From a virus (lineage: Duplodnaviria; Caudoviricetes): a stretch of DNA of 32,633 bases. The stretch is from the IMG/VR virus record IMGVR_UViG_3300016665_000118, positions 1 through 32,633 of that record; one strand, written 5' to 3'. Under the pieces are notes generated by a model, which searched no databases, was not told where the DNA came from, and saw nothing but the letters and a program-made list of their open reading frames with translations. Positions 1 to 9,283 of the stretch are shown piece by piece. Numbering within the stretch: position 1 is the stretch's first letter; each line of letters starts with the position of its first letter. The position numbers and the translations under genes are program-made.

Positions 1-316
1 CACAAGCGTAGACACGGCAGACCTTTCGGCACTCTGCGACACAACCAAGAAAATGCAGGTAACTAAGGCATCTGGTTCCCTTGAGATTGAACTTCTCGTA
101 GATGGAACGGTACAGGCTGATGGTTCCCCTGTCTTCTTTGGCAAGGAAGGCTACTACTGCCAAGTTGTCATCACTCCAGGCGCACTGACTGCAAAGACCT
201 TTGTCGGTATTGTTACCGCTACTGGAATCAGCATCAGCAACGGTGAGGCAGTAACCGAGACGGCTACAATCACACTTGGTGCTAACGGCGTTACTACTGC
301 TTGGACTTCCGCATAA
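1..316 (+). CDS. Major tail protein, 3' part (continues from 32497-32633 across the circular junction; 150 aa total)
   Basis: The frame from ATG 32497 continues through TC|C into position 2 and ATG 53 with no stop. It lies between the tail terminator and the tail chaperone. Confidence 0.85.
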   Translation, partial: TSVDTADLSALCDTTKKMQVTKASGSLEIELLVDGTVQADGSPVFFGKEGYYCQVVITPGALTAKTFVGIVTATGISISNGEAVTETATITLGANGVTTAWTSA

Positions 317-708
317 TGGGTATCAAAGCCATCAAGGCGATTGAAGCAGAAGTAGACCATGGAATCCTTGAAGTAGACCTAAGCCCTTGGGCTGGTGAAG
401 GAGCAACGGTGAAGTTTCGGCAGCCTAAAGCCGCCGATTACTTCCCAGACTCCGCAGAGTTGATGAAGCTCAGGATTTCATATGCTGACATGGCTCCAAA
501 CCTTTTGGTCAACTGCCTTATTATCGGTCGGTGTTATATACCTGACATTGATGATCCGCAGGATGTAGCGTTTATTCGGACATTGTTGGACTTGAGCCGC
601 CATAACACGCAAGCGTTCTACGCTATCTATTGGGCGTTTATCTACAAGTACATCAATGTGTCGGTTGCCGATGAGGTAAAAGACGCAAAAAACGAATCGA
701 CGGTGTAG
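316..708 (+). CDS. Tail assembly chaperone (lambda gpG-like)
   Basis: TAATG overlap with the tail protein stop; upstream of the tape measure gene; slippery A AAA AAC near its end. Confidence 0.8.
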   Translation: MGIKAIKAIEAEVDHGILEVDLSPWAGEGATVKFRQPKAADYFPDSAELMKLRISYADMAPNLLVNCLIIGRCYIPDIDDPQDVAFIRTLLDLSRHNTQAFYAIYWAFIYKYINVSVADEVKDAKNESTV

Positions 709-863
709 GCTCGGTTATTGCTTATTACTGCATAAAGTACCTGCACCGTCATCCGTCCGAGGTAGACCTAACGCTGGAACAAATCTGGGAAGTTGCTGTG
801 ATTGCTCAGGATTTAGAGAAGTACGAAATCGAACTGGCTAAAGCCACAAGGGGCACATTGTGA
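687..863 (+). CDS. Tail assembly chaperone -1 frameshift extension (gpGT-like): RIDGVGSVIAYYCIKYLHRHPSEVDLTLEQIWEV...GTL
   Basis: Heptamer A AAA AAC at 687-693 is in the correct phase; the -1 frame is open for 56 codons to TGA 861-863, overlapping the tape measure GTG. Confidence 0.85.
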   Translation, partial: KKRIDGVGSVIAYYCIKYLHRHPSEVDLTLEQIWEVAVIAQDLEKYEIELAKATRGTL

Positions 864-2446
864 CAGTAGCACAACTCAATGTAAAGCTCGGCGTTGATGG
901 TATAGGGCAGGTCAAATCTGCCCTATCTCAAACTAAAGTTGCACTACAACAAACAGCCGCAGCCGCAACATCCGTAGGGACAGCACTTGGTGGTGTTGTA
1001 ATTGCTGGTGGCGTTGCCGGTTTTGGGATGCTTGGTAAATCTGCATTTGATGCAGCTGTGTCTTTTGAATCACTGAACACACGCTTAACTGCTATTACTG
1101 GCAGTGGTGCAAAAGCCGCTAATATCCTTGATATGGTTCGCAAAGTTGCAGGGCCATCACCTTTTACCTTTAGCCAGCTTGCTAATCTTGCTGTAGGTCT
1201 CGAATCTATAGGTCTTGAAACAAACGCCTTACTACCTCGCCTTGCTAACTTAGGTGCAGCCTTTGGTGCTGATGAAGAGCATCTAAAATCATTGTTGAAT
1301 ATGGTTGGCAAGTTTAAGGTTGGACAGTTGCCCGATGCAGAACAGATGGCTATGTTTGGTATGAGCCGTAGCCAGTTTGCTAAAGAAGGCATCAAGATGG
1401 ATGCTGGTGGTGGTCTCGAACCTGGGCAAGAACTAAAGGTATTTGAGACTTTTATAAAAATCATTGACACCAAATACAGTGGTATGCTCAACGCCCTTGC
1501 AAATACAACTGAAACAAAGTTGGCTTCACTTGCTGATCAATGGGAAAGTGGTCTGCGGGTTATAGGTCAAAAGATGATAACCATCTTGACCCCGTACATC
1601 AAGTACACCACCGACTTCTTAGGTCGCATGATTAACAGTGGTGTGTTGGCAGATCTTACGGAAAAGTTCTTTGGCCCTATGACGGATTTCACCAAGGGAT
1701 TTACCGATGGCAATGTACAAGCCAGTGTTGATAAATTACTTGCTTCTATTCTAGCTGTAGCGGCATCAATCCCTGACATCCTTTCCGAGACATTCAAGAA
1801 CCTCGGAACATTGATGCAAAACATTTTTGACAACATCAATGCTAACTTTAGCCGTATGGATCCGATTCGTACGGCCCAAGGACACAAGCTTATTGATGAT
1901 GCCAAAGTGTCATACCTATATGGTCGAATGACCAAAGAACAACTTGATGCTTTTCGCACTCGTATAGAACACGAATACGGTTTTTCAGCTACAGGCAACA
2001 TCATGGAGGGTGTTGACTTTGGCAAGCCGTTTGCTAATGCGAAGACCTTCATGGAAGAAATACTTGGCAAGATGCAAGGTACAAAAGCGCAGGAAGGCGG
2101 CGGTGTACCAGAAGCATTTGGGCCGTACTTCAAACCCGGAGAAGAACCTGGTAATGCTGGTGCTGGTTCATCAACCGCCGAAAAAACAGACGGTATATTA
2201 CGCACCATTGCAAAGAATACAGGCGTTAGTGCAGATGCACTGACTCTACGACGGCAAACACTTGGCGGTGGCCCGATAGGACAACTTGGCTTGACTGCAG
2301 CAGAAGTTGGTGCAGCTGGTCGCACCGTTGGTACATTCGGTAATGGTCTTATTCCTGCTGGGACTGACCTTGAAAGAGCCGTAAGACGTACCATACGGGA
2401 CGAGGGACGCAGGAACGGCGTACCGGGCTACATGAGGCGGTTCTAA
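860..2446 (+). CDS. Tape measure protein (528 aa)
   Basis: Ala/Gly-rich helical protein after the chaperones; tape-measure-like segment FESLNTRLTAITGS...SPFTFSQLAN. Confidence 0.85.
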   Translation: MTVAQLNVKLGVDGIGQVKSALSQTKVALQQTAAAATSVGTALGGVVIAGGVAGFGMLGKSAFDAAVSFESLNTRLTAITGSGAKAANILDMVRKVAGPSPFTFSQLANLAVGLESIGLETNALLPRLANLGAAFGADEEHLKSLLNMVGKFKVGQLPDAEQMAMFGMSRSQFAKEGIKMDAGGGLEPGQELKVFETFIKIIDTKYSGMLNALANTTETKLASLADQWESGLRVIGQKMITILTPYIKYTTDFLGRMINSGVLADLTEKFFGPMTDFTKGFTDGNVQASVDKLLASILAVAASIPDILSETFKNLGTLMQNIFDNINANFSRMDPIRTAQGHKLIDDAKVSYLYGRMTKEQLDAFRTRIEHEYGFSATGNIMEGVDFGKPFANAKTFMEEILGKMQGTKAQEGGGVPEAFGPYFKPGEEPGNAGAGSSTAEKTDGILRTIAKNTGVSADALTLRRQTLGGGPIGQLGLTAAEVGAAGRTVGTFGNGLIPAGTDLERAVRRTIRDEGRRNGVPGYMRRF

Positions 2447-4662
2447 TGGCTACTACGCATCCACTGTTGGTTGAGTTTGATGTACCAGAGCCACGCCCCC
2501 AGAAGGGGCGTTTGGCTGTTGCAGGCGATGGAACTACATGGGATATGTATTACTCGTCCAATGTATGGCAAGACCCTGCAACACTAACAGTGATGCTTGC
2601 TCCGCTTCCTGTTACGACAGCATGGGCAACCACGTACAGTGGTAACTACGCGCGGTTTCAGAAGACAGACTACACGCTAACCACAGCGGCTAAGTGGAAA
2701 AACATCCAGATCAAAGCATCCGGAGATTACTACCTTCAATCTTTGGACGTTACCGAACGGGCAACGCTTACGACGGCATGGGCGGCTAACACGGGAGCGT
2801 ACATTTCCATGTATGTTCCAGGATTGAAGGATTCCGATAAAAGCATCATCCTCAAGTGTGGCTGGGGCGTTGGGTCGGCTGGAAGCGTGGAAGTTTGGTT
2901 CGCCGCTAACGGGCAGGCATTGGTCTACAAGTCTGGTGTACTGGTTGGCTCATACGATCGTGGTGATTCAAACGTTGCGCCAAACGTGGGGACACAAAGC
3001 CCTAAAAGCCAACGTTCAGACTTTGTGAGCTTTATGATTATCCCCGGCAGACGCAGGGAGATTATCGTTACCAGTTCAAACGGTACTAACTTTGCTCACG
3101 TCTTTGATGACCTAAACCCGCTCATTGCAAATACCATCTTGCCTAACGCTCAGTTTTCATGGCTGGTTCCATCAGGTCAAGCAACGGTGCAGGTGTCTCG
3201 TGTCTTCTACGAAACGTCAGGGTATGTGCTAACGCCTATTAAGCAGTTTAGATACGCTCCTCCGACAGGTGCGACTTTTAGCAACTTTACATCTGTTGAG
3301 ATTATGGGTAATGGCACGTTTGGATACACGCCATCAGTAGTCAAGACTGATGGGACAACGTACACGCCTAACGGTGTCATAAGTCAGGTCAGAGGCAAGG
3401 TTGCTTTTACTGGTGCAGGCACTGGCTCAAACGGCATCCTATCGGTTGACCTTTATTACGATCCGGAACTTACCGCTACTTACGATGGCACGGTTGACGT
3501 TACCGAATACATCAAGACTCTAAGCCTATCGGTGGATGAGCAAGGCAAGACTACCTGTGACATATCGGCCATTGCGAAGCAGATCGTAGATGCTGGCGTG
3601 GAACAGCCACAGGTGACCAGTGACAGAACCATTCGCATTGCACTTGGTGATGGTGGTTCTCCTGCAACCTACATAGACCTTTTCCGAGGGACGCTTGAGC
3701 CACCTAAGATTGAGTACTTAGACAGGGATACAACCTATCAATGGGCAACATACCGCTGGAATGGTGTAGACCGTAGCCGTGACTTTGACCTTGCTTGGAT
3801 AGTTGAATGCGTACCTTATGACGGTATCTTAGCCATCAATGCCATCATTGACCTAATGCTAATTGCTGGTTACGATGCCAACATCTACTATTACGGAGAT
3901 CAACCACTCCTTGACTTGCCATATACAACAAACATTTCTAAAGGACAGTACACACTAGCTCCTGATTATGGCGATACGGTTGGTTCGTATCTTGAAAAGA
4001 TAAAGCAGGACTACTACGCCACATGGATCACAGGATGGATTCCTGATACGTCTGGTTATGTTTACAGATGGCTCGATGTAGCGTCAGCGTCAACTACGCC
4101 AGCTATGAACCTTTATCAAAGTACGGCAGCGGCAGCGGCGGCAGGTGTGCCAGTAGACTTGCAACCTAAGCGTGTGATACGCAAACTGTCCAGCTATTAC
4201 GAGCCACCGGAATGTACACAGGTTACTGTCATTGGTCAAGACCCGAACACCGGTATCTGGATACCTTATACGCAGATTGATGGTGCTGCGGAGATTGCAG
4301 ACACTCCACCAGCAAGCCGTCCAAGGAACTGGCGTGGAAGACCTGTGCCTTTCCAGTATCGTGACCCAAGCCTAACAACGGCAGATGCAGTGCAGACAGC
4401 GGCACAGATTCTGTATAGCAGGCTTACACCGGGGCGTACGATGATTGAGTGGGAATCGGATCTATTGATTCTAAGCGGTAACAATCGCCCATTATGGCTC
4501 GGTGATGTCATTCAGCTCTATCAGCCTGATGGTGTTACAGCGCAAGGTGTCTATCGAATCATTGCCATACCGTCAATCGAGTTTGAACAGGAGAATGTGG
4601 CAGGCAGGAGTACTCTGTTCAATGTTCGCCGGGCTGTCTACCGTGCAGTGGATGTTTCCTAA
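2446..4662 (+). CDS. Minor tail / tail tip protein (738 aa)
   Basis: Directly after the tape measure gene, TAATG coupled; beta-rich N half and hub-like C half (LWLGDVI motif). Confidence 0.65.
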   Translation: MATTHPLLVEFDVPEPRPQKGRLAVAGDGTTWDMYYSSNVWQDPATLTVMLAPLPVTTAWATTYSGNYARFQKTDYTLTTAAKWKNIQIKASGDYYLQSLDVTERATLTTAWAANTGAYISMYVPGLKDSDKSIILKCGWGVGSAGSVEVWFAANGQALVYKSGVLVGSYDRGDSNVAPNVGTQSPKSQRSDFVSFMIIPGRRREIIVTSSNGTNFAHVFDDLNPLIANTILPNAQFSWLVPSGQATVQVSRVFYETSGYVLTPIKQFRYAPPTGATFSNFTSVEIMGNGTFGYTPSVVKTDGTTYTPNGVISQVRGKVAFTGAGTGSNGILSVDLYYDPELTATYDGTVDVTEYIKTLSLSVDEQGKTTCDISAIAKQIVDAGVEQPQVTSDRTIRIALGDGGSPATYIDLFRGTLEPPKIEYLDRDTTYQWATYRWNGVDRSRDFDLAWIVECVPYDGILAINAIIDLMLIAGYDANIYYYGDQPLLDLPYTTNISKGQYTLAPDYGDTVGSYLEKIKQDYYATWITGWIPDTSGYVYRWLDVASASTTPAMNLYQSTAAAAAAGVPVDLQPKRVIRKLSSYYEPPECTQVTVIGQDPNTGIWIPYTQIDGAAEIADTPPASRPRNWRGRPVPFQYRDPSLTTADAVQTAAQILYSRLTPGRTMIEWESDLLILSGNNRPLWLGDVIQLYQPDGVTAQGVYRIIAIPSIEFEQENVAGRSTLFNVRRAVYRAVDVS

Positions 4663-7595
4663 TGCCTTACCTTGACGGCACACGAACTGCCACGCTCACG
4701 ATGTCGCATACCCAGAACGTACAGGTACGCATCTGGAACCCTTACGCTACTCAGCCTCTCGAACCAGACTACGATACACATTACACAAACTTTACCTTTG
4801 GTGGGCATCTTGGCTTTTCCGGTAGTCTTGCCATTGCCACTAACGTGGTTGCACCTTCTCCAGGTTCTGCATGGTCTTGGGAACTCAGGGCAAATATCAC
4901 GGTAAACAACGGACACGGTTCTACAAACTCGTCCTATGTCGTTTTGTCATCCGGTAGTGAAACCGGAGCCACCACGTACAAAGATGTAAGCGTAACTTGT
5001 GCAGGTGATTTCTCCGCATCGGTTGGAGTGGATAAGCTTTGGGATATTGCTGAGGATTCGTTTTCCTCTACTAGCGCACCAACACGGTTCCCAAGCCTAA
5101 CTGGCTACACATGGTACGAAAAGACCACATCGGGCTCTACAGCGGCTTGTAGCCTATCTGCTGGCGGTGGTTCGGTTAGTGTGTCAGCTGCGGCAACATC
5201 AAGACGAAACGCAGACTATACGGCTACGCTTTCAGCCTATGGTTTTTCCTCCGGTGATGTACGCCATGACTTTGCAGTAAGCCTTGTCAAGGTAAACACG
5301 GTGGCTGTGCATGACATCACACACGCTCACACTTTCCACAACCAATCAGCAACAGAATGGAGCCTAAGCGTACTAGGCGAGACCGATGCTTTTGGGGTTG
5401 TTAGTACGGCATCAGCGACAATTAGCACATCATCCTGTCTCGATCGCAATGTTGTTATTGCTGGAAGAATCAGAGCATGGGAGGGAGCGTATCCCGATGC
5501 TCTCAATGTGGTTGTTACTGGCTACGACGGTGGAACCCGCACCGTTGGTTCATCCAGTGGCAGTTATGGTGCGTCAGATACCTTTGTAAACTACAGCACC
5601 ACCACGGTACTAACCGACCCGACGTACGGAAGCGACACGCTCACAACATCAGCAAATGACGTACCAACGTGGATATCTGCCGAACTATCTGGAAGCGGCC
5701 TAACGACCAACGGAGACTCAAGCACCGACAACCGGGTTCTATTCCGTGGCTTTCGTTTCAATGGCTGGTCTATCGCTGAGACCAACAACAGAAGTATCAG
5801 CGGTACAGGTAACGACCGACTATATGCACCATGGGAAGGGATGTCAGGCTATAGATACCTAGACATTCAAATCAAAGCACAAAGCGGCATAAACCAGACC
5901 GGTTACATCGAACTGACCGATTATCACGGCAATACAAAAAGATGGCAGGTTGTGGCTCCTACGACCTCCTACAGCACGGTTACGCTTGACCTTTGTTCTC
6001 CTGATATCCACAGCCTCGGAGCTTTGCCAGCGACCGATGACAAAGACAACCCGTACCCACGAAAGAACACGGCATCCAGCAGCTACGCAGGAAGCGAGTC
6101 TGTAGATTCGGCATACTGGGGTGTTACATCCTGCCAGCGGTTACGGGTATCCAGCGGATTTATTGACATCGGTACAACCACACTGAAGTACACGAACACG
6201 GATTCTACTTACGTCCCAGATTCTTTCACCGCTCAGTTTCAGCGCATCACACCTGCCATCGTTGCAGAGGTAGACACAACCACCTACTACTACGGGCGCA
6301 GATTCTGGCAACAGGATAGAGATGGACGCACGGAAGAAGAATCAGATGTCTGGTGGCAGATGACCGTGGGCGGTGAAACTGGAGTCACGTCATATAGTGT
6401 TGACCCTGTGACAATCAGCGAGCTGGCAGGACAAATCAACGCCTCCGATGATTCGATTGTTAGGCATCCCGGCTGGACTGCGACCAACTCTGTAGCCTAT
6501 CCGTCTGGTAGCACTTGTACCGTAAGCCAACCGCCTCTAAGGGATTGTTTCCTGAATGGCGTTACTGGTTACTCAACATGGTTGTATGGTGGTGGTATCC
6601 TTGCCACGCCTAACGCCACAAGCGGGACAGACTTTGCGTACGGGCATCAGATAGCACAAGGAACCATTACCGCACAGACGCTCTTTGATCGCATCAATGG
6701 CAACTTCCCACCTGACCTGTACGACCCGTTTGATGTCAACGGCGGTACAGATGCTGCGCTCTATCTGCCTGCTGGTTCTTTACTCCGTGGCATCGCACAT
6801 GGTGCAGTCTTGGATGATGTAGGAGACCCTGCAACTACAGGTACGGTTGACCTAGAGCTTGCAAGCACAGGAGCAAACCGAGGCACAGATTCAACGCTTG
6901 ATGCTGAGGGACGATATTACACGTCCACTCCCTGGGGACTCGGTGAGAGCAACCACGATGCCATCAGCGGTAGCAACAATATAGGCATAGACCCGCTTCA
7001 CACTAGCCACAGATTCCGTTGTTGGTTCCGTACATTGACAGCGGCAGGTGGTTGTCTGTCGGTTGACGTAGCCCCTAACCAGCGGCTTTGTTATGCCAAT
7101 GTGGAAACCCATACCGTGGTGCTTCACTTTGCCGATGGCCCTAACGCCACCAACTTTGTAAGCGTCACAACGCCTATTACAGAGGTTGACTGCGTGGCTA
7201 TCGCATATGACCCAACCAGCCAAAGCGGTAGGCTTTACATCCTCGTTGAGAAACAATCAGGTGGTGGGATTGACTCGTATTACACCGACGATGAAGGAGC
7301 GACAGTATCAGTGGCTACAGTAGTAAGTGCAACAGGCACACACGTCAGCGTTGCCATCAATCCGATGGGCAAACGTATAGTTGCCTTCCGTGGTACTGGT
7401 AACGACCTTCACCGTGTTATCTACGATCCGCAGGGCAACATCATCACGGCATCGAGTGCAGTGGTCGCAAGCGGTGTGAACAATGACCAGACCGCTATAT
7501 CGTGGAGGCTTGGTAACTGGTATCTGTACTACCACGACACATCAGCAGGTATCACGCAGCTGGTCAGTGTGGATGATGGGGAAACATTCGCCTAA
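4662..7595 (+). CDS. Large tail protein, probable receptor-binding/tail tip component (977 aa)
   Basis: Ser/Thr/Gly-rich beta protein, last gene of the tail module; C-terminal SVDDGETF resembles a BNR/Asp-box. Confidence 0.6.
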   Translation: MPYLDGTRTATLTMSHTQNVQVRIWNPYATQPLEPDYDTHYTNFTFGGHLGFSGSLAIATNVVAPSPGSAWSWELRANITVNNGHGSTNSSYVVLSSGSETGATTYKDVSVTCAGDFSASVGVDKLWDIAEDSFSSTSAPTRFPSLTGYTWYEKTTSGSTAACSLSAGGGSVSVSAAATSRRNADYTATLSAYGFSSGDVRHDFAVSLVKVNTVAVHDITHAHTFHNQSATEWSLSVLGETDAFGVVSTASATISTSSCLDRNVVIAGRIRAWEGAYPDALNVVVTGYDGGTRTVGSSSGSYGASDTFVNYSTTTVLTDPTYGSDTLTTSANDVPTWISAELSGSGLTTNGDSSTDNRVLFRGFRFNGWSIAETNNRSISGTGNDRLYAPWEGMSGYRYLDIQIKAQSGINQTGYIELTDYHGNTKRWQVVAPTTSYSTVTLDLCSPDIHSLGALPATDDKDNPYPRKNTASSSYAGSESVDSAYWGVTSCQRLRVSSGFIDIGTTTLKYTNTDSTYVPDSFTAQFQRITPAIVAEVDTTTYYYGRRFWQQDRDGRTEEESDVWWQMTVGGETGVTSYSVDPVTISELAGQINASDDSIVRHPGWTATNSVAYPSGSTCTVSQPPLRDCFLNGVTGYSTWLYGGGILATPNATSGTDFAYGHQIAQGTITAQTLFDRINGNFPPDLYDPFDVNGGTDAALYLPAGSLLRGIAHGAVLDDVGDPATTGTVDLELASTGANRGTDSTLDAEGRYYTSTPWGLGESNHDAISGSNNIGIDPLHTSHRFRCWFRTLTAAGGCLSVDVAPNQRLCYANVETHTVVLHFADGPNATNFVSVTTPITEVDCVAIAYDPTSQSGRLYILVEKQSGGGIDSYYTDDEGATVSVATVVSATGTHVSVAINPMGKRIVAFRGTGNDLHRVIYDPQGNIITASSAVVASGVNNDQTAISWRLGNWYLYYHDTSAGITQLVSVDDGETFA

Positions 7596-7667
7596 GGAAA
7601 AAGAGGCGGTGGGCGGCGAAGATGCAGTTGGGAGACCGCCCACCTAGTCAGGGAGATAAGGACTGAC
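7596..7667 (-). ncRNA. Candidate two-hairpin small RNA with anti-RBS loops
   Basis: Minus-strand TG-A-TATATT (7682-7674), 6 nt, then GUCAG-UCCUUAUCUCC-CUGAC, GGUGGGCGG-loop-CCGCCCACC and CUUUUU. Confidence 0.55.
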
Positions 7668-7684
7668 AAAAGGAATATATCACT

Positions 7685-8221
7685 ATGAGTAGACCTATCG
7701 CTTTACGTGCAGCCAAAGAGGCTATAGATAACGTCGGTGTGCAGGAAGTTGGAGATAACAGGGGCAAGGCTGTTGAGATCTATCAAGCCTCAACAATCCC
7801 ACCTGTTCCACCCGGTAGCCCTTGGTGTGCTGCCTTTGTCGTGTACCGCCTACGGAATGCCGCTCATGACCTAGCCCTTGAGATACCAGCAGACTGGCCA
7901 CGCTCGGCTTACTGTCCCGATCATGGCAACTGGGCACGAAGAACAAAGAACTGGGTTCCGGTCAAGGATGCTGAAGCAGACCCTTCAAAGGTCAGGATTG
8001 GTGACCTCATTTGCTTTTGGTTTGCTCCGCTGAACAGGCTTGCCCACATCGGCATCGTGACGGGTGTTTATCCTTGGGGTGTCAAGACCGTTGAAGGTAA
8101 CACGTCCCCAGAGATGGATGATGAGGACGGCGTAGAGCGTAACGGGGATGGCGTTTACCGCAAAGCCAGAGCATGGCGAGAGCTTGGCAGTAACGGTGGC
8201 TTTATAGCGATTGACTGGTAG
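7685..8221 (+). CDS. CHAP-domain endolysin/amidase
   Basis: PWCAAFV, HIGIV and TVEGNT motifs typical of CHAP domains. Confidence 0.8.
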   Translation: MSRPIALRAAKEAIDNVGVQEVGDNRGKAVEIYQASTIPPVPPGSPWCAAFVVYRLRNAAHDLALEIPADWPRSAYCPDHGNWARRTKNWVPVKDAEADPSKVRIGDLICFWFAPLNRLAHIGIVTGVYPWGVKTVEGNTSPEMDDEDGVERNGDGVYRKARAWRELGSNGGFIAIDW

Positions 8222-8295
8222 GTTCCATTTTGGAACTACCCACTAACTCTTTCCATTTTGGATAAGGTTGAACTTGTAAGAAATCCTTACAAGTT
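8217..8295. repeat. Cluster of short palindromes
   Basis: GTTCCA-TTT-TGGAAC (8222-8236); TTCCATTTTGGA twice (8223, 8251); AACTTGTAAG-N5-CTTACAAGTT (8271-8295). Confidence 0.7.
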
Positions 8296-8311
8296 GACAT
8301 ACATAAACATA

Positions 8312-8343
8312 CAAAAAGACCCAGTTGTTTAGACCGGGTCTTT
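8312..8343 (-). terminator. Intrinsic terminator of the leftward operon (possibly bidirectional)
   Basis: Minus strand reads AAAGACCCGGT-ctaaaca-ACTGGGTCTTTTT. Confidence 0.7.
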
Positions 8344-8400
8344 CTGTCGCTTACCAAGCACCATTTGTGTTGTTTTGTTTTCCCTTGCGGGTGATAGATT

Positions 8401-8970
8401 CTACCCTATTGTTTTGATTGTTACTGCCTGCGTTTCCTCATGCACAACGAACCCTGCCTTCTTTGCATCTGCTGGATGCTCTAGCATGGCTGCCTTGATA
8501 GGCTCAGGCAGTTGGCTTACAAGGATGGATTCTTTCAGTTTGATGGCTGCCGGGCAGTTCTTCTTTGCCCACTCCAAAGCCGTCTCCTCAGCCTCTACAG
8601 CGACCTTAGGAGCTATGGTTCTAAAGCCAACCGTGCCATAGGGGCAAGTCCATGTTTTGGAGCGTAGCGTCCCATCAGCCTTACGTGGCAACTGGCTCAT
8701 TGCGTATTCTGCTAGTTGGCTGTTGTACCGATGCTCCAGCCATTCAAGCCGTGCTTGATGCTTGCCGACGAGTTTCCTGAAGTTCTCTACAATGGCATCC
8801 ATTTTGGCTTTCTCTGCCATGATGTTTGCCTCGATGTCCATACGCTTACGCATCACCAGGAGTGCGAGGTCTTCCGGGCTTTCATCACCCTTGATCCAAC
8901 CGGATGCAGGGCCGGCATACTCGCCCGTTTCTACGTCCCACAGTTCGCCGTCAATCACATCGAATCCCAT
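8401..8970 (-). CDS. Mu Gam-like / Gp157-like DNA end-protection protein
   Basis: Coiled coil followed by KTWTCPYGTVGFR...ALEWAK; in an operon with Erf. Confidence 0.7.
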   Translation of the reverse strand: MGFDVIDGELWDVETGEYAGPASGWIKGDESPEDLALLVMRKRMDIEANIMAEKAKMDAIVENFRKLVGKHQARLEWLEHRYNSQLAEYAMSQLPRKADGTLRSKTWTCPYGTVGFRTIAPKVAVEAEETALEWAKKNCPAAIKLKESILVSQLPEPIKAAMLEHPADAKKAGFVVHEETQAVTIKTIG

Positions 8971-9194
8971 CACTTACCTCCTATCAACTGCTCTGGTGTA
9001 CCTTTGTGCCAATACACATCCTCATACCGATATTCAAAGCAGACCGCATCAAGGTTTTTACCTGCTGGCTTGACCCAGTATCCACGGTCATGCATCGTGA
9101 CAAGCTTGTGGTTTGCGTACTTACCATCGGTGTATGTCATGCCGTACTGCATGGCCCTCTTGAGCAGAAATGCTGCCTCTTCTTTCGTTATCAT
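8970..9194 (-). CDS. Hypothetical protein (MITKEEAAFLLKRAM...)
   Basis: ORF with coupled stop/start junctions on both sides. Confidence 0.65.
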   Translation of the reverse strand: MITKEEAAFLLKRAMQYGMTYTDGKYANHKLVTMHDRGYWVKPAGKNLDAVCFEYRYEDVYWHKGTPEQLIGGK

Positions 9195-9241
9195 AGAACC
9201 ACCTGCCAATCGTCATGCTCTTCCAGTAATTCCTTAACCAT
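9191..9241 (-). CDS. 16-aa mini-ORF MVKELLEEHDDWQVVL (possible gene remnant or coupling peptide)
   Basis: ATG 9241 preceded by AAAGGT; its TGA overlaps the next ATG; it resembles the DDWEVVE end of 9958-10176. Confidence 0.35.
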   Translation of the reverse strand: MVKELLEEHDDWQVVL

Positions 9242-9283
9242 ATTTGGACCTTTTTTATTTGCGGGTCGTCTTCCTCAATCTTG

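Noticed and set aside
928-2394. Long antisense ORFs opposite the tape measure gene (also opposite portal, MuF and capsid)
   Set aside because: They are shadow ORFs of strongly coding genes, with no RBS or recognisable motifs.
7293-7595. Possible internal start (GAAGGAG ... GTG 7311) in the 977-aa tail gene
   Set aside because: The SD spacing is long and the bases are explained by Glu-Gly codons; no other support.
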